Shown here: positions 45,194-54,725 of the stretch, piece by piece
How the letters are laid out: each line of letters opens with the position of its first letter
How positions within the stretch are numbered: the stretch's first letter is position 1
From: Diplonema japonicum
Taxonomy: Eukaryota > Protista > Euglenozoa: Diplonemea
DNA length: 64,000 nucleotides
Direction: 5' to 3'
Assembly: GCA_964019335.1 (NCBI GenBank)
Contig: OZ025688.1
Coordinates: forward strand, 496,001-560,000
Notes under the pieces: model-generated
Told to the model about the DNA's origin: nothing
The model's input: only the letters and a program-made list of their open reading frames with translations
Database searches by the model: none
Position numbers and translations under genes: made by a program

Positions 45194-45943
45194 TTATTCA
45201 GCTCGGAAAAGTAAAGTTGAATTATAGAATGGTGAGGAATGGGCCTGTTAAACGGATATTGCGTTCCTTTGTATTTTTGATTGCATTTTTACGCGGGGTG
45301 CACTTCCCCCCCCCCCTCATTTTTTAATTTTCCGGCATTTCACCTGACAGACCCGAAGAAGTTTTAGAAGAGCAGATTTGCTTCACTGATGCCAACCTGC
45401 AGTCCTGTGTTCAAATCTTGATGTAGTCACCCACGGCGGCACGGACAGGGCCCTGTTTTGGCAGAAATATGTTCAGTAGGGAAACCGGATGACCCTTAAA
45501 GCGCGCAGGGGGGGGGGGGGGGGGGGGGGGGGTACATGAATTTTAATTTTCTTGAGCATTGAAAGAGAAGTGTGTTCCTCATTTCTTTTATTTTTGCGTA
45601 TTTTTTATTTTTTGCGTGTAGTTCCTTCCCCCCCTTTATTTTCCCTCTTCTCTCCATTTGTCCCACCTCCAACGGCCATTTCCCGACTTTGACCCCAAAT
45701 CCCTTCTTGCGTCAGAAATTCACAAAAAAAAACAAAACACAAATAAAAAAGACATACCAGCACTTTTATGCCATTCTTTTATCCTCCCCCCCCCCCCCCC
45801 CCCCCGTTACTTTAATCATTCCTGAGGGGTATGCTTTTTGACTTACCTCTGCAGTTTCGGTGCTGAACGTGTTGTATTCTTTTTTTTAGATTATTATTTG
45901 TTTTGCTCTGTTGTACTGTTGTCAAGGTCTCGGGGGTGGAAAA

Positions 45944-48900
45944 ATGAGTTCCCGTCCAAGGGTCTACTGCAGGATACGACCCCTGAACGAGAAGGAACGG
46001 CTCGTGGAGGGCGAGAAGGAGTGTTTTTTCACGAACGGGGACAACACGTTGGTCTACAAGAAAGAGAAAGATGGTCAGATGCGAAGCAGGTTCGATGCTG
46101 TGCTCGGCAACAGCACCTCACAGGACACCGTCTACGAGCTTCTCAAGACAGAGGTCACTTCGTCGCTGTTCACAGGGTACAATGCCACCGTATTTGCCTA
46201 CGGACAGACGGGCAGCGGGAAAACCTACACAATGGAAGGCACTAAGAACGACCGTGGCCTCATCCCCAGACTCGTAAACGAGATATTCAACACGTTCAAA
46301 GAGAAGAGTGACGTCACGAACGCCTCTGTCAAGATGTCATACGTCCAGATCTATCAGGACCAGATTCAAGACTTGCTGCAAAGTAGAAAGCTCCTTGACA
46401 TCAAGCTGGACAAAGCGGGGCACTACATTGCAAACGGCGCCCTCTGGAAGGATGTTACAAGCTCCTCGCACGCAATGCAGATCTACACTGAGTCTCTTAA
46501 GAACAGAGCAACCAGTGCTACAGAAATGAACCTCATATCCAGCAGGTCCCATGCACTGCTTCAATTTCAACTGAAGTGGGACGAACCCCTGGCCCCAGGC
46601 TCCAACGCCAAGCTGAACCTCATCGACCTTGCGGGAAGCGAAAAAGTGGCCCTTTCTGGTGCGTCTGGCGAGATATTAAAGGAAGCCATTGCTATCAACA
46701 AGTCCCTCTCAGCCCTGTCCAACGTAGTAAAAGCTCTCGTTGACCAAGCTAAGGACCCTGCTAAGAGGGTCCACATTCCGTACAAGGACTCTAAGCTCAC
46801 CTACCTGCTGCAGTCCAGTCTTGGCGGCAACAACCTGATACACTTCATCCTTTGCCTGTCTGCCTCGATCTTGTATAGGAATGAAGGTTCATCGACAGTG
46901 GAGTTCGGCAAGCGCGCACTCAAGGTGGTCCTGAAGCCCGTGAAGAATCCTATCGACTATAGACGCTTGGAAGAGATGGAGAGGATGATCGAGCAGATGC
47001 GCCAGCACATATCAGAGCTTGAAGGGAAACTCTCACAGAAGACAGCAGAGCCGCTGCCGCCTGCAAAGCAAGGCGGCGAGGAGTTCTTAGCAATGGAGAT
47101 CATCAAACAAGACGATGCTGAACCGCAGGAAGCAGAGACAGTCGTAAAGCAGAGGGAGGCTATCAAAGCAGTGATCTCGCAACTCGAAACACAGCAGAAG
47201 TCTGTTGAAGAAAGGCTGAGCGAGAGAGAGCAAGAAATCACTCAGCTGAAGAAAGGCAACGTGAGGGAGCGGGCCACACTGCAGTCGCAGTTCAACGAGG
47301 AGAAGCGGCGATACACAGAAGAAATGAACACCCTGCGCAGCAACGTCAAACGGCAGCAAGAGTGTCTGAACGAGAAGGAGATGGAATTTAAGAAAGCACG
47401 CGACCTGCGTGCAAGGAAAAAGAGCATCATCCATAGCAGCAAGGTGACGAGTAAGTTGAGGTTAAAGACAAATCTTGAACTAGAAAGGATCTACAGGATG
47501 CTGCCGGAGTCTCTCCATGAGCTCACATCTCATTGCATTTTGTTCCCACAAAGTAAAGCACGGTTCAGAGAACTGGGCGGCCTTAAAAAGCTGTTGGGCC
47601 TTATTGATTGCAAGGGCAACAAGGGAAGGGAATCGTATATCGCTCATGCAGCATACGCGTTGTCTATCGCCCTTGACGAGGAGGGGAGGGACGAGGTGCG
47701 TGAACTGGGCGGGGTTGCAGCTGTGTCGGACGTATTGAGCAGGACTGATGAGCACAGCAAGCAGTTTGCCTGCAGAGCGCTTGAGGCACTCGTAAGGGGC
47801 AACAGCAAGAATAAAGAGGGTGTTGTGGATTCAGTTTTGCTGGGGCTTGCTAACTTGGTAGGCACGCACCCGCACCAACAAGTGCAAGAAGCCGCCTGCA
47901 GTGCCCTTGCAGAGATAGCTGACTCACAGCCTAACATTAAAGCAAAGCTCATGAAGAACGGGCTACTCGAAAAAATGATTTCGCTCATCAGAGACACACC
48001 ACCCGAGGTGGCTGATCTCATCAAGGTGGGTGTCACGGTGATAGGGAGGTTGGCACAGCAGCATGCAGCTTGCCAGAATGAGATCGCCAGGCTGAACGGC
48101 GTCGCGTTGCTTGTAGGAATCCTTTTCAGCAACGTGGGCGACCGTGACCCGCAGCTCCCTGTGCTCACCGCGTATGCCCTCGTGAACATTTGCTGCAATA
48201 ATAAGGATAATATGTTGACTCTTCAAAAGCACCCGCGCTACAAGGAGATCAAGTTCAAGCTGCTTGAGGGGCTAGGGCGCGTCTTCTCTGACAACATCGC
48301 AAACGAAAACAGGATCTCCGCCACAGCATCACACGTGATCAAGGACGGCAGCAACGTGCTCTTCGGTTACCATGGTGTGACGTGCAAATCCGAATGGAGC
48401 ACCTTTACGGCCGGGGGGCGACCCACATACTCGACATTCATGGAGAACCCTCAGTTTGTACTGCATGTCCCAACAGATAGCAATATTTCAATTGTTCTGA
48501 GTGACACAAGCTGCGAGGACAAGACGGGGAGAAATTCTAGCAAAAGAAAGACGATATACATGGGGATCTCGGTGTTTAACGGAGACAGGGCTCTCTTGTG
48601 TGACAAAGGTCTCAAACAGCTTGACTTCAATGGGAAGTTCGTGACCAGTGGCAGATACAACCGAAACAGGGAAAACACGCTGTCCCTGCCTTTGAAGGGG
48701 TCGCCTGATCCGTACGTTATCGTGCCCTTCACGGCGCATCTCTTGCAACACACGTCCTTTGTGCTTGGTGTGTTCAGTGACAACGAGGTAGAGGTGGCAC
48801 AAGTGCCTGAGGAGGGCGGGTGGGTGAAAAGGGTGTTCGAAGGCAGATGGACGAAGAAGAGCGGGAGAGGTGTCGACAGTTTCGATTGGCGAAACAATGA

Positions 48901-50317
48901 CCAGTACGTAATTACGGTGAGTGAGGTGACTACCTTAGTGGCGGTGCTGTCTTATAGGAAAATAGATGACTTCCGACTGAAGCAGGCACTCGCGGCTGAC
49001 GATGAAGAGATCTCAGAAGACGACCCACGCAACGAGGAAAAGAGGGAGCGCCCTCACCTCCATGGCAGAGTATTTGCTTCAGCCTTCGCACCCGATAAGC
49101 GCTACGTGCGGTCGAACATCCCGTCACCTCAGAATACCACATTCGAGACCTGCAACGAGTACCTGTCAACAAGCTCAGTTAAGACAACGATGACCTTACA
49201 CCCAAACAACACATATGTCTTCATCCCCTTCACAGAGACGCCTATTGAAGACGACTACAGGATCGCCTTCTACAGCGACAACGACGAAGTAAACATGCAC
49301 CCCCTGGGCCTATCCATGGAATGGTACGCCTTCCAGTACACTGGGATCTGGCCTACAGTTTCTGACAGCAGCCCCGACCAGTCGCCGTTCCTCATTATGA
49401 AGGGTGGCGGCAAGGTGGTTGTCATCGGACATTCAAAAGATGTGTACCTCCTGCTAACCATCTACGAGATCACAGATGATACTTGGAAAGAAGGCTCGCC
49501 TGTGAACAACAACGTTAGGACGAAGAAACTCATTTCATGTGACGCCTTTTGGGCAAATGAGTGCGTCTTGGAAGCAGAGCTTCCACAGGGCAGTTGCTCG
49601 TACTGGGTAACGTTGCAAGGCATCAAGACAGCAGAGACAGGTGAGCAGAAGCCAGTGACAGCTGGGTCTTTCAACCTGGCTGTGTACGTTGAGGATATCG
49701 GCACGTCAGTGACATCGCCTTACACGCTAGTGCCGTCTTCGCTCATTGACAGGCTCAATGCAAAGCCGGAGAATGTGGGCTATGGTTGGGAGAAGCTCAT
49801 CACGGGTGGGATCGAGGAAGTGACAGAGGTAACGGACGAAGAGGACGACAGCGATGACAGCACGTTTGTAGAGGAAATGGAGTCGAAGAAGAGGAACGCA
49901 GAGGTTGAGGAGCTCAAGCAGCAGCTGCATGAGAAGCAAAACCTCATTAACAACCTTAGCAAGGAAGCCTCCACGACACCGCAGCCGCCCTCCAGAAGGA
50001 ACAGCTCGCATAGCAGCAGCCGCAGGAACAGCACCAAGGTCCCCGCAAGGGTGTCTTCTGGATTCCGCGGTTCCGGTTCTGGCTCCAACGCTGCTAAGAC
50101 ACTACGTAATAGTACACCGTCAACACCCACTTCTGCGGCATCCGTGGCAGATATGACTGCCCTCTCGAGTGCTTCAGAACAGCTTGTGAAAAAGATAAGT
50201 TCTTTTGCTAGCCTCTCAACTGTCCCGACGCCTGCAGAGTTTAAAAAACTGCAAGAAGACCTCCTGCAGGCCGCGGACAAGCTTTCGGTCACGACAAGAA
50301 GAGCCACAGCACCCTGA
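45944..50317 (+). CDS. Kinesin with N-terminal motor, coiled coil, armadillo repeats and calpain domain III-like repeats
   Basis: RVYCRIRP, P-loop GQTGSGKT, SSRSH, DLAGSE, HIPYKDSKLT; ARM repeats (RELGGLKKLL, VQEAACSAL); WSTFTAGG...ENPQF and PYVIVPFT calpain-III motifs. Confidence 0.9.
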   Translation: MSSRPRVYCRIRPLNEKERLVEGEKECFFTNGDNTLVYKKEKDGQMRSRFDAVLGNSTSQDTVYELLKTEVTSSLFTGYNATVFAYGQTGSGKTYTMEGTKNDRGLIPRLVNEIFNTFKEKSDVTNASVKMSYVQIYQDQIQDLLQSRKLLDIKLDKAGHYIANGALWKDVTSSSHAMQIYTESLKNRATSATEMNLISSRSHALLQFQLKWDEPLAPGSNAKLNLIDLAGSEKVALSGASGEILKEAIAINKSLSALSNVVKALVDQAKDPAKRVHIPYKDSKLTYLLQSSLGGNNLIHFILCLSASILYRNEGSSTVEFGKRALKVVLKPVKNPIDYRRLEEMERMIEQMRQHISELEGKLSQKTAEPLPPAKQGGEEFLAMEIIKQDDAEPQEAETVVKQREAIKAVISQLETQQKSVEERLSEREQEITQLKKGNVRERATLQSQFNEEKRRYTEEMNTLRSNVKRQQECLNEKEMEFKKARDLRARKKSIIHSSKVTSKLRLKTNLELERIYRMLPESLHELTSHCILFPQSKARFRELGGLKKLLGLIDCKGNKGRESYIAHAAYALSIALDEEGRDEVRELGGVAAVSDVLSRTDEHSKQFACRALEALVRGNSKNKEGVVDSVLLGLANLVGTHPHQQVQEAACSALAEIADSQPNIKAKLMKNGLLEKMISLIRDTPPEVADLIKVGVTVIGRLAQQHAACQNEIARLNGVALLVGILFSNVGDRDPQLPVLTAYALVNICCNNKDNMLTLQKHPRYKEIKFKLLEGLGRVFSDNIANENRISATASHVIKDGSNVLFGYHGVTCKSEWSTFTAGGRPTYSTFMENPQFVLHVPTDSNISIVLSDTSCEDKTGRNSSKRKTIYMGISVFNGDRALLCDKGLKQLDFNGKFVTSGRYNRNRENTLSLPLKGSPDPYVIVPFTAHLLQHTSFVLGVFSDNEVEVAQVPEEGGWVKRVFEGRWTKKSGRGVDSFDWRNNDQYVITVSEVTTLVAVLSYRKIDDFRLKQALAADDEEISEDDPRNEEKRERPHLHGRVFASAFAPDKRYVRSNIPSPQNTTFETCNEYLSTSSVKTTMTLHPNNTYVFIPFTETPIEDDYRIAFYSDNDEVNMHPLGLSMEWYAFQYTGIWPTVSDSSPDQSPFLIMKGGGKVVVIGHSKDVYLLLTIYEITDDTWKEGSPVNNNVRTKKLISCDAFWANECVLEAELPQGSCSYWVTLQGIKTAETGEQKPVTAGSFNLAVYVEDIGTSVTSPYTLVPSSLIDRLNAKPENVGYGWEKLITGGIEEVTEVTDEEDDSDDSTFVEEMESKKRNAEVEELKQQLHEKQNLINNLSKEASTTPQPPSRRNSSHSSSRRNSTKVPARVSSGFRGSGSGSNAAKTLRNSTPSTPTSAASVADMTALSSASEQLVKKISSFASLSTVPTPAEFKKLQEDLLQAADKLSVTTRRATAP

Positions 50318-50439
50318 CTGTAAATACTTCTCATTCGCGTTATAATGCAGTTGCATACATGCAAGTAGTTAATATTTGTTATTCATTGCGAACCTCGTCA
50401 GAATATTAAACACGTCATCTCAGCTTTTTCAGCATACAC

Positions 50440-51462
50440 ATGGCACAGCAAGTCGGTGAGAAGAGGAAGACGACTAACGTGGAGGAAGAGGATGAAGCGG
50501 AGCAGTGGACGGACATCGAGAGGCTGACCGAGATGGGGATTGGCAGTGCGGACATCGCGAAGCTGAAGTCAGGTGGTGTTAACACGGTTGGAGGGCTCAT
50601 CATGCAGGTGAAGAAGTCTCTGCTTGCTATAAAGGGTTTGAGCGAAGCGAAGGTCGACAAGATCCTCGAGGCGTCGAAGAAGCTGTCCACATGCGGCTTC
50701 CAGTCAGGTGTTGAGGCACTTGAGAAGAGAAAGGACGTCGTGAAGATCACAACCGGGTGCAAGGCCTTCGACGACTTGCTCGGTGGCGGCATCGAGACCA
50801 TGTCCATCACAGAGGCTTTCGGGGAGTTTAGGACAGGAAAGACACAGTTGGCGCACACCTTGTGTGTCACGTCGCAGCTGCCGCGCTCCATGGGTGGCGG
50901 GAACGGAAAGGTCGCCTTCGTCGACACAGAAGGAACCTTCCGTCCTGAGAGGATCCGCCCTATTGCTGAGAGATTTGGTCTGGAAGCGGAAGCTGCACTG
51001 GAGAACATTATTGTTGCGCGTGCCTATACGCATGAGCACCAGGCGTCGCTGCTGGGCCTACTGGGCGCCAAGATGGTCGACGATCAGTTCAAGTTGCTCA
51101 TCATCGACAGCATCACTGCCCTTTTCAGGGTCGACTTCTCGGGCAGGGGCGAGTTGGCCGAGCGTCAGCAGAAACTGGGGAAGATGCTGTCGCACCTAGT
51201 GAAGCTTGCAGAAGAGTTCAATGTAGCAGTGTACGTCACCAACCAGGTAATCGCCGATCCCGGAGGCGCAAGCATGTTCACTGCTGACCCGAAGAAGCCT
51301 GTGGGTGGTCATGTCATGGCGCACGCGTCCACCACAAGGCTCTTCTTCAGGAAGGGCAGAGGTGAGCAACGTATCGCCAAGATTCACGATTCCCCATGCC
51401 TTCCCGAGGCTGAGGCCGTGTATCAGATCTCTGCCGAGGGCATCACCGATGCCAAGGACTAA
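50440..51462 (+). CDS. DMC1: Meiotic recombinase DMC1
   Basis: [40 protein letters not shown] and [12 protein letters not shown] are DMC1-type; RAD51 has YRTDY...ARQMHL and GGNI. Confidence 0.93.
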   Translation: MAQQVGEKRKTTNVEEEDEAEQWTDIERLTEMGIGSADIAKLKSGGVNTVGGLIMQVKKSLLAIKGLSEAKVDKILEASKKLSTCGFQSGVEALEKRKDVVKITTGCKAFDDLLGGGIETMSITEAFGEFRTGKTQLAHTLCVTSQLPRSMGGGNGKVAFVDTEGTFRPERIRPIAERFGLEAEAALENIIVARAYTHEHQASLLGLLGAKMVDDQFKLLIIDSITALFRVDFSGRGELAERQQKLGKMLSHLVKLAEEFNVAVYVTNQVIADPGGASMFTADPKKPVGGHVMAHASTTRLFFRKGRGEQRIAKIHDSPCLPEAEAVYQISAEGITDAKD

Positions 51463-51629
51463 TATGCTATCTTTTTCTTCCTCTTTTCTATTCTGAAACT
51501 GCCTCTCAGGCAGTCTAATATTTACACGTGCATTTGTTGCATGTTCTTATTTCTATTTTTCTTATTGGTTGTAAAAAAGACAATATCAACGTTTTGCAGG
51601 ATTAATAAAGAAGTGTAGAGAGAAGAAAA

Positions 51630-52616
51630 ATGGGTCGCTCGTTGTCAAACCCGGGGATGAGCAGGAAGCAGAACAAAGAGCGGAAAGAGAAAAACAAGTT
51701 TTTTCGGGTTAAGAAATACAGGAAGCATGAGTTGGGTAAGGAAAAGATGAAAGAGCATAACAAGCAGCAGGAGGTGGTGGGGCACAATAAAGCGATATTG
51801 AATGCAAAACTGGACGCACTGAGAGCGGAGAGGAGAGCGAAAGGCATCACTAAGCCGAAGAGGAAGAGGGAAGAAATTGAGGATGAGCCGGAGGTGGCGG
51901 AGCCCAAGGCGCCGACACAAGTTGCGCCAGTAACGAAATTCACAGGAGAACGTTGGATTGTGGTGTCTCCGGGTGTGCTAGTGCGCAAAGGAGAGGAGCT
52001 GGACTCAGCAGAGGTGGGGAAGTTGGACAACAAGACTCTGATTGATGTTGTTGAGATGAAGGGGAGACGTGGGAGGCTAGCTGCACCCCTGCAGGGCTGG
52101 GTGTCCATCAGAGCAAAAGACGGTGCTTCTATTTGCCAGCCGGACTACGACAGCGACGCAGACTACAGTGAAGACGGTCAGGCCGAAGCCATGCACGAGG
52201 ATTACGAGTCAGGCAGCAATGACGGTGATGAGGATGGCGATGAAGATGGCTCAAGCGTCGACAGCAACGACTTCGAGGTGAAAGTTAACACTGCTGAGGA
52301 CGAGGCGGAAGAGGATGAGGAAGACGAAGAAGCAGACGAGCTGGCACAAGCTTGCAAGGCCCTCGAAGAGGCCAACAGCGTCGACTCCGACAGCCAAGAC
52401 GCTCCCCCGAAGAGGAATGCACCCCGTGTCCCGAATTTGAAAACAAAGGTGTATACCACCAAAAAGGGTAAAGAAAAAACGATAGTAAGAGACAGGGCAG
52501 CAAACAAGGTAGGTTCTCATCCCATCAACCCCAACATAAACAGAGACGCAAGAAAGAAGAGAAAAACAGCAAGAAGCGCCAAAGGTTCCACTAGTAACAT
52601 CACTGATCATTATTAG
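51630..52616 (+). CDS. Basic/acidic low-complexity protein with central SH3-like segment
   Basis: Lys/Arg-rich ends and Asp/Glu tract; VLVRKGEELDS...IDVVE...RGRL....GWVSI resembles SH3b-like modules. Confidence 0.7.
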   Translation: MGRSLSNPGMSRKQNKERKEKNKFFRVKKYRKHELGKEKMKEHNKQQEVVGHNKAILNAKLDALRAERRAKGITKPKRKREEIEDEPEVAEPKAPTQVAPVTKFTGERWIVVSPGVLVRKGEELDSAEVGKLDNKTLIDVVEMKGRRGRLAAPLQGWVSIRAKDGASICQPDYDSDADYSEDGQAEAMHEDYESGSNDGDEDGDEDGSSVDSNDFEVKVNTAEDEAEEDEEDEEADELAQACKALEEANSVDSDSQDAPPKRNAPRVPNLKTKVYTTKKGKEKTIVRDRAANKVGSHPINPNINRDARKKRKTARSAKGSTSNITDHY

Positions 52617-52658
52617 CACGCCATGCCACGAATCACACAAACACAGGAAGTGGGCAAG

Positions 52659-52994
52659 ATGAGCGATATGTTGGACGTGAAGTTCCGTTCGATGAATTAC
52701 AATGCGGACAGAATAACACAGAAGCAGAACGAGGTGACAGATGAGGGACGCGAGGCACAGAAGGAGCGCAGCACAGCGATCTGGAAGAGGCTAAACCCCT
52801 TGTACGTGGAGGAGGAACTGAGTACCACGAACAAGTCAATGCTGACGTACGACCCCGAGGACTATAAGATGAGCAAGGTATGCTGCACGTGGCAACTCAT
52901 GAAACAGGACAACTTCCGCGTTCGCGACAGACACACGGAGTACGTAGAGTACCTGGTGAGAGACCAGGCACTTGCACGGAAAAAGGCCACGTGA
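52659..52994 (+). CDS. Small hypothetical protein with probable in-frame 30-nt intron 52878-52907
   Basis: ATG 52659 follows an ACACAG acceptor (52641-46); GTATG...AACAG segment is in frame. Confidence 0.6.
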   Translation: MSDMLDVKFRSMNYNADRITQKQNEVTDEGREAQKERSTAIWKRLNPLYVEEELSTTNKSMLTYDPEDYKMSKVCCTWQLMKQDNFRVRDRHTEYVEYLVRDQALARKKAT

Positions 52995-53209
52995 GCGGCG
53001 GAGTGACATGTGTTGAAAAATACACGTCTGTTCTATTACGAGTTGCTTGCTTGGCGCGAACACTTCTCGCGCCACTTCGTATGGTGCATGGTTCTTTGGT
53101 AAGGAACGTGTCCCGAGAGCAAGTGCTTTTTACATACTTTTCTTTCCCCCTTATACCCTGCTTCATTTTTTTTTTACTCGGCTTCCACGCGCACACCCTC
53201 TGCAGTAAG

Positions 53210-53752
53210 ATGACGACCTCGCAGGAGACGTTGATGGAGGAGGCCTTCTCGCTGTTGCAGAAGAGTATGTGTACAGTTGAAACATTGACACCATCACGTC
53301 GCAGATGGCACGATACCGCCTGAGAGCATCCCGACGGCGCTGAGGGCTGCGGGGTTGAACCCCAGTGAAGAGGTGATCAGAGATCTGCAGAAGCAGGGCG
53401 GCAAGGGGTCGCAGGCATTGGATAAAGACGGCTACAAAAAGCTAGTAGGCGAGATGGACGACCAGGCAGACACGCTGGAGTCAGTGCTGGAGGCGTTCCG
53501 TGTGTTCGACAAGAATCTCAACGGCACTGTGAGCACCAACGAGTTCCGACACATCATGACCTCCATGGGAGAGAAGTACACCGATGACGAGTTCAGGGAG
53601 CTGGTGCAGGGGTATGCATCACAACACATAACACAACAACACACAGCTTTGACAACGGAGGCGTCGTCGAGTACGCAGAGCTCGCGAAGAAGATGCTCCT
53701 CCCGTTCCTGGAGCACGGCAACCCCGCAGACTTCATCGACAAGGTTAAATAA
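53210..53752 (+). CDS. Calmodulin/myosin-light-chain-like EF-hand protein; exons 53210-53264, 53305-53611, 53647-53752
   Basis: EEAFSLL...[52 protein letters not shown] after removing 40- and 35-nt GTATG introns. Confidence 0.88.
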
Positions 53753-53994
53753 ACCATCTTCGTGGACATGCCCACGTGATGAAGCCATCCCTCTGTCTGT
53801 CTATAGTTAAGCCCTGAAGATAACACCCTAAGATGTGATTACCTACCTTGCCCCCCATTCCCCTTTTAAGCAACTCACTAGGCGCTTCTTGGAATATTAG
53901 AAAATCCCCCTCTTTTTTCCCCTATTTTTTCCGTTTAATTTTTTTTGGAACGAAACACCGCATAGCGTGGGTGAATTAGAAAAAATAAAATAAA

Positions 53995-54725
53995 ATGCTA
54001 AGCAGCTTGATGAAGCGATCCCGTCTGTCGAAGACGGAGGAAGGGTCGCAGCTGACGCTGGATGAAGTGGTGCGTGAGAACAGCGCATCGTTCAGCTCTG
54101 GGTACGACTCGGAGAGCGAGAGCGAGGGCGAGGCGTGGGTGAGGAACGCAGGGTTCTCGCTGATGGTACCTGTGGGGTCGTGTGTTGCAGATGAGCTCAG
54201 GAACAGCCAGAAGGAGAAGGAGAAGGTTGAGACAGCAGAGATGGGATGCCAAACCGATGTATGTACTTTTCCCCCTTCAACACCAAACAGCCAAAGTTCA
54301 CAATGGAACGTGAGGCAGAGAACCTTCGTGAGCAGGTGAAGCGCCTGCAGCTGGAGGCCAAGGCAACAGAAATGTACTACGCAAACAAGGACACCGTTAT
54401 TGAGATGCAACGCGCAATGATCAAGAACCTGCAGGAGGCAGCCTCAAGGAACGCTGCACAGGAACGGACATTCGCGGCAAGCCTCAGCTCACCTGGTGAA
54501 TCGTCGAAAGGGTCCCCCAGTGGGAACAGCAGCGAGGATGACGAGTACGACAGCGACACCTCTTCCGAAGAAGAGGACAATGAACAACAGGTTGCCATTA
54601 AACAGCTGGAAATTCGCAGGCCTGTCATACCCCTTGTCCGTACCAGCCAAATAGAGAAGCACTCGCCTATGAGACGCACACCTTCGGCTAGTCATGGTGC
54701 TGCATTTGGCATGATACATTATTGA
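53995..54725 (+). CDS. Hypothetical coiled-coil protein; exons 53995-54258, 54291-54725
   Basis: A 32-nt GTATG...AACAG intron joins two ORFs in frame; EMGCQTD motif at the junction. Confidence 0.7.

Noticed and set aside
45395-45430. tRNA/Pol III B-box-like GTTCAAATC
   Set aside because: No cloverleaf and no A box found.
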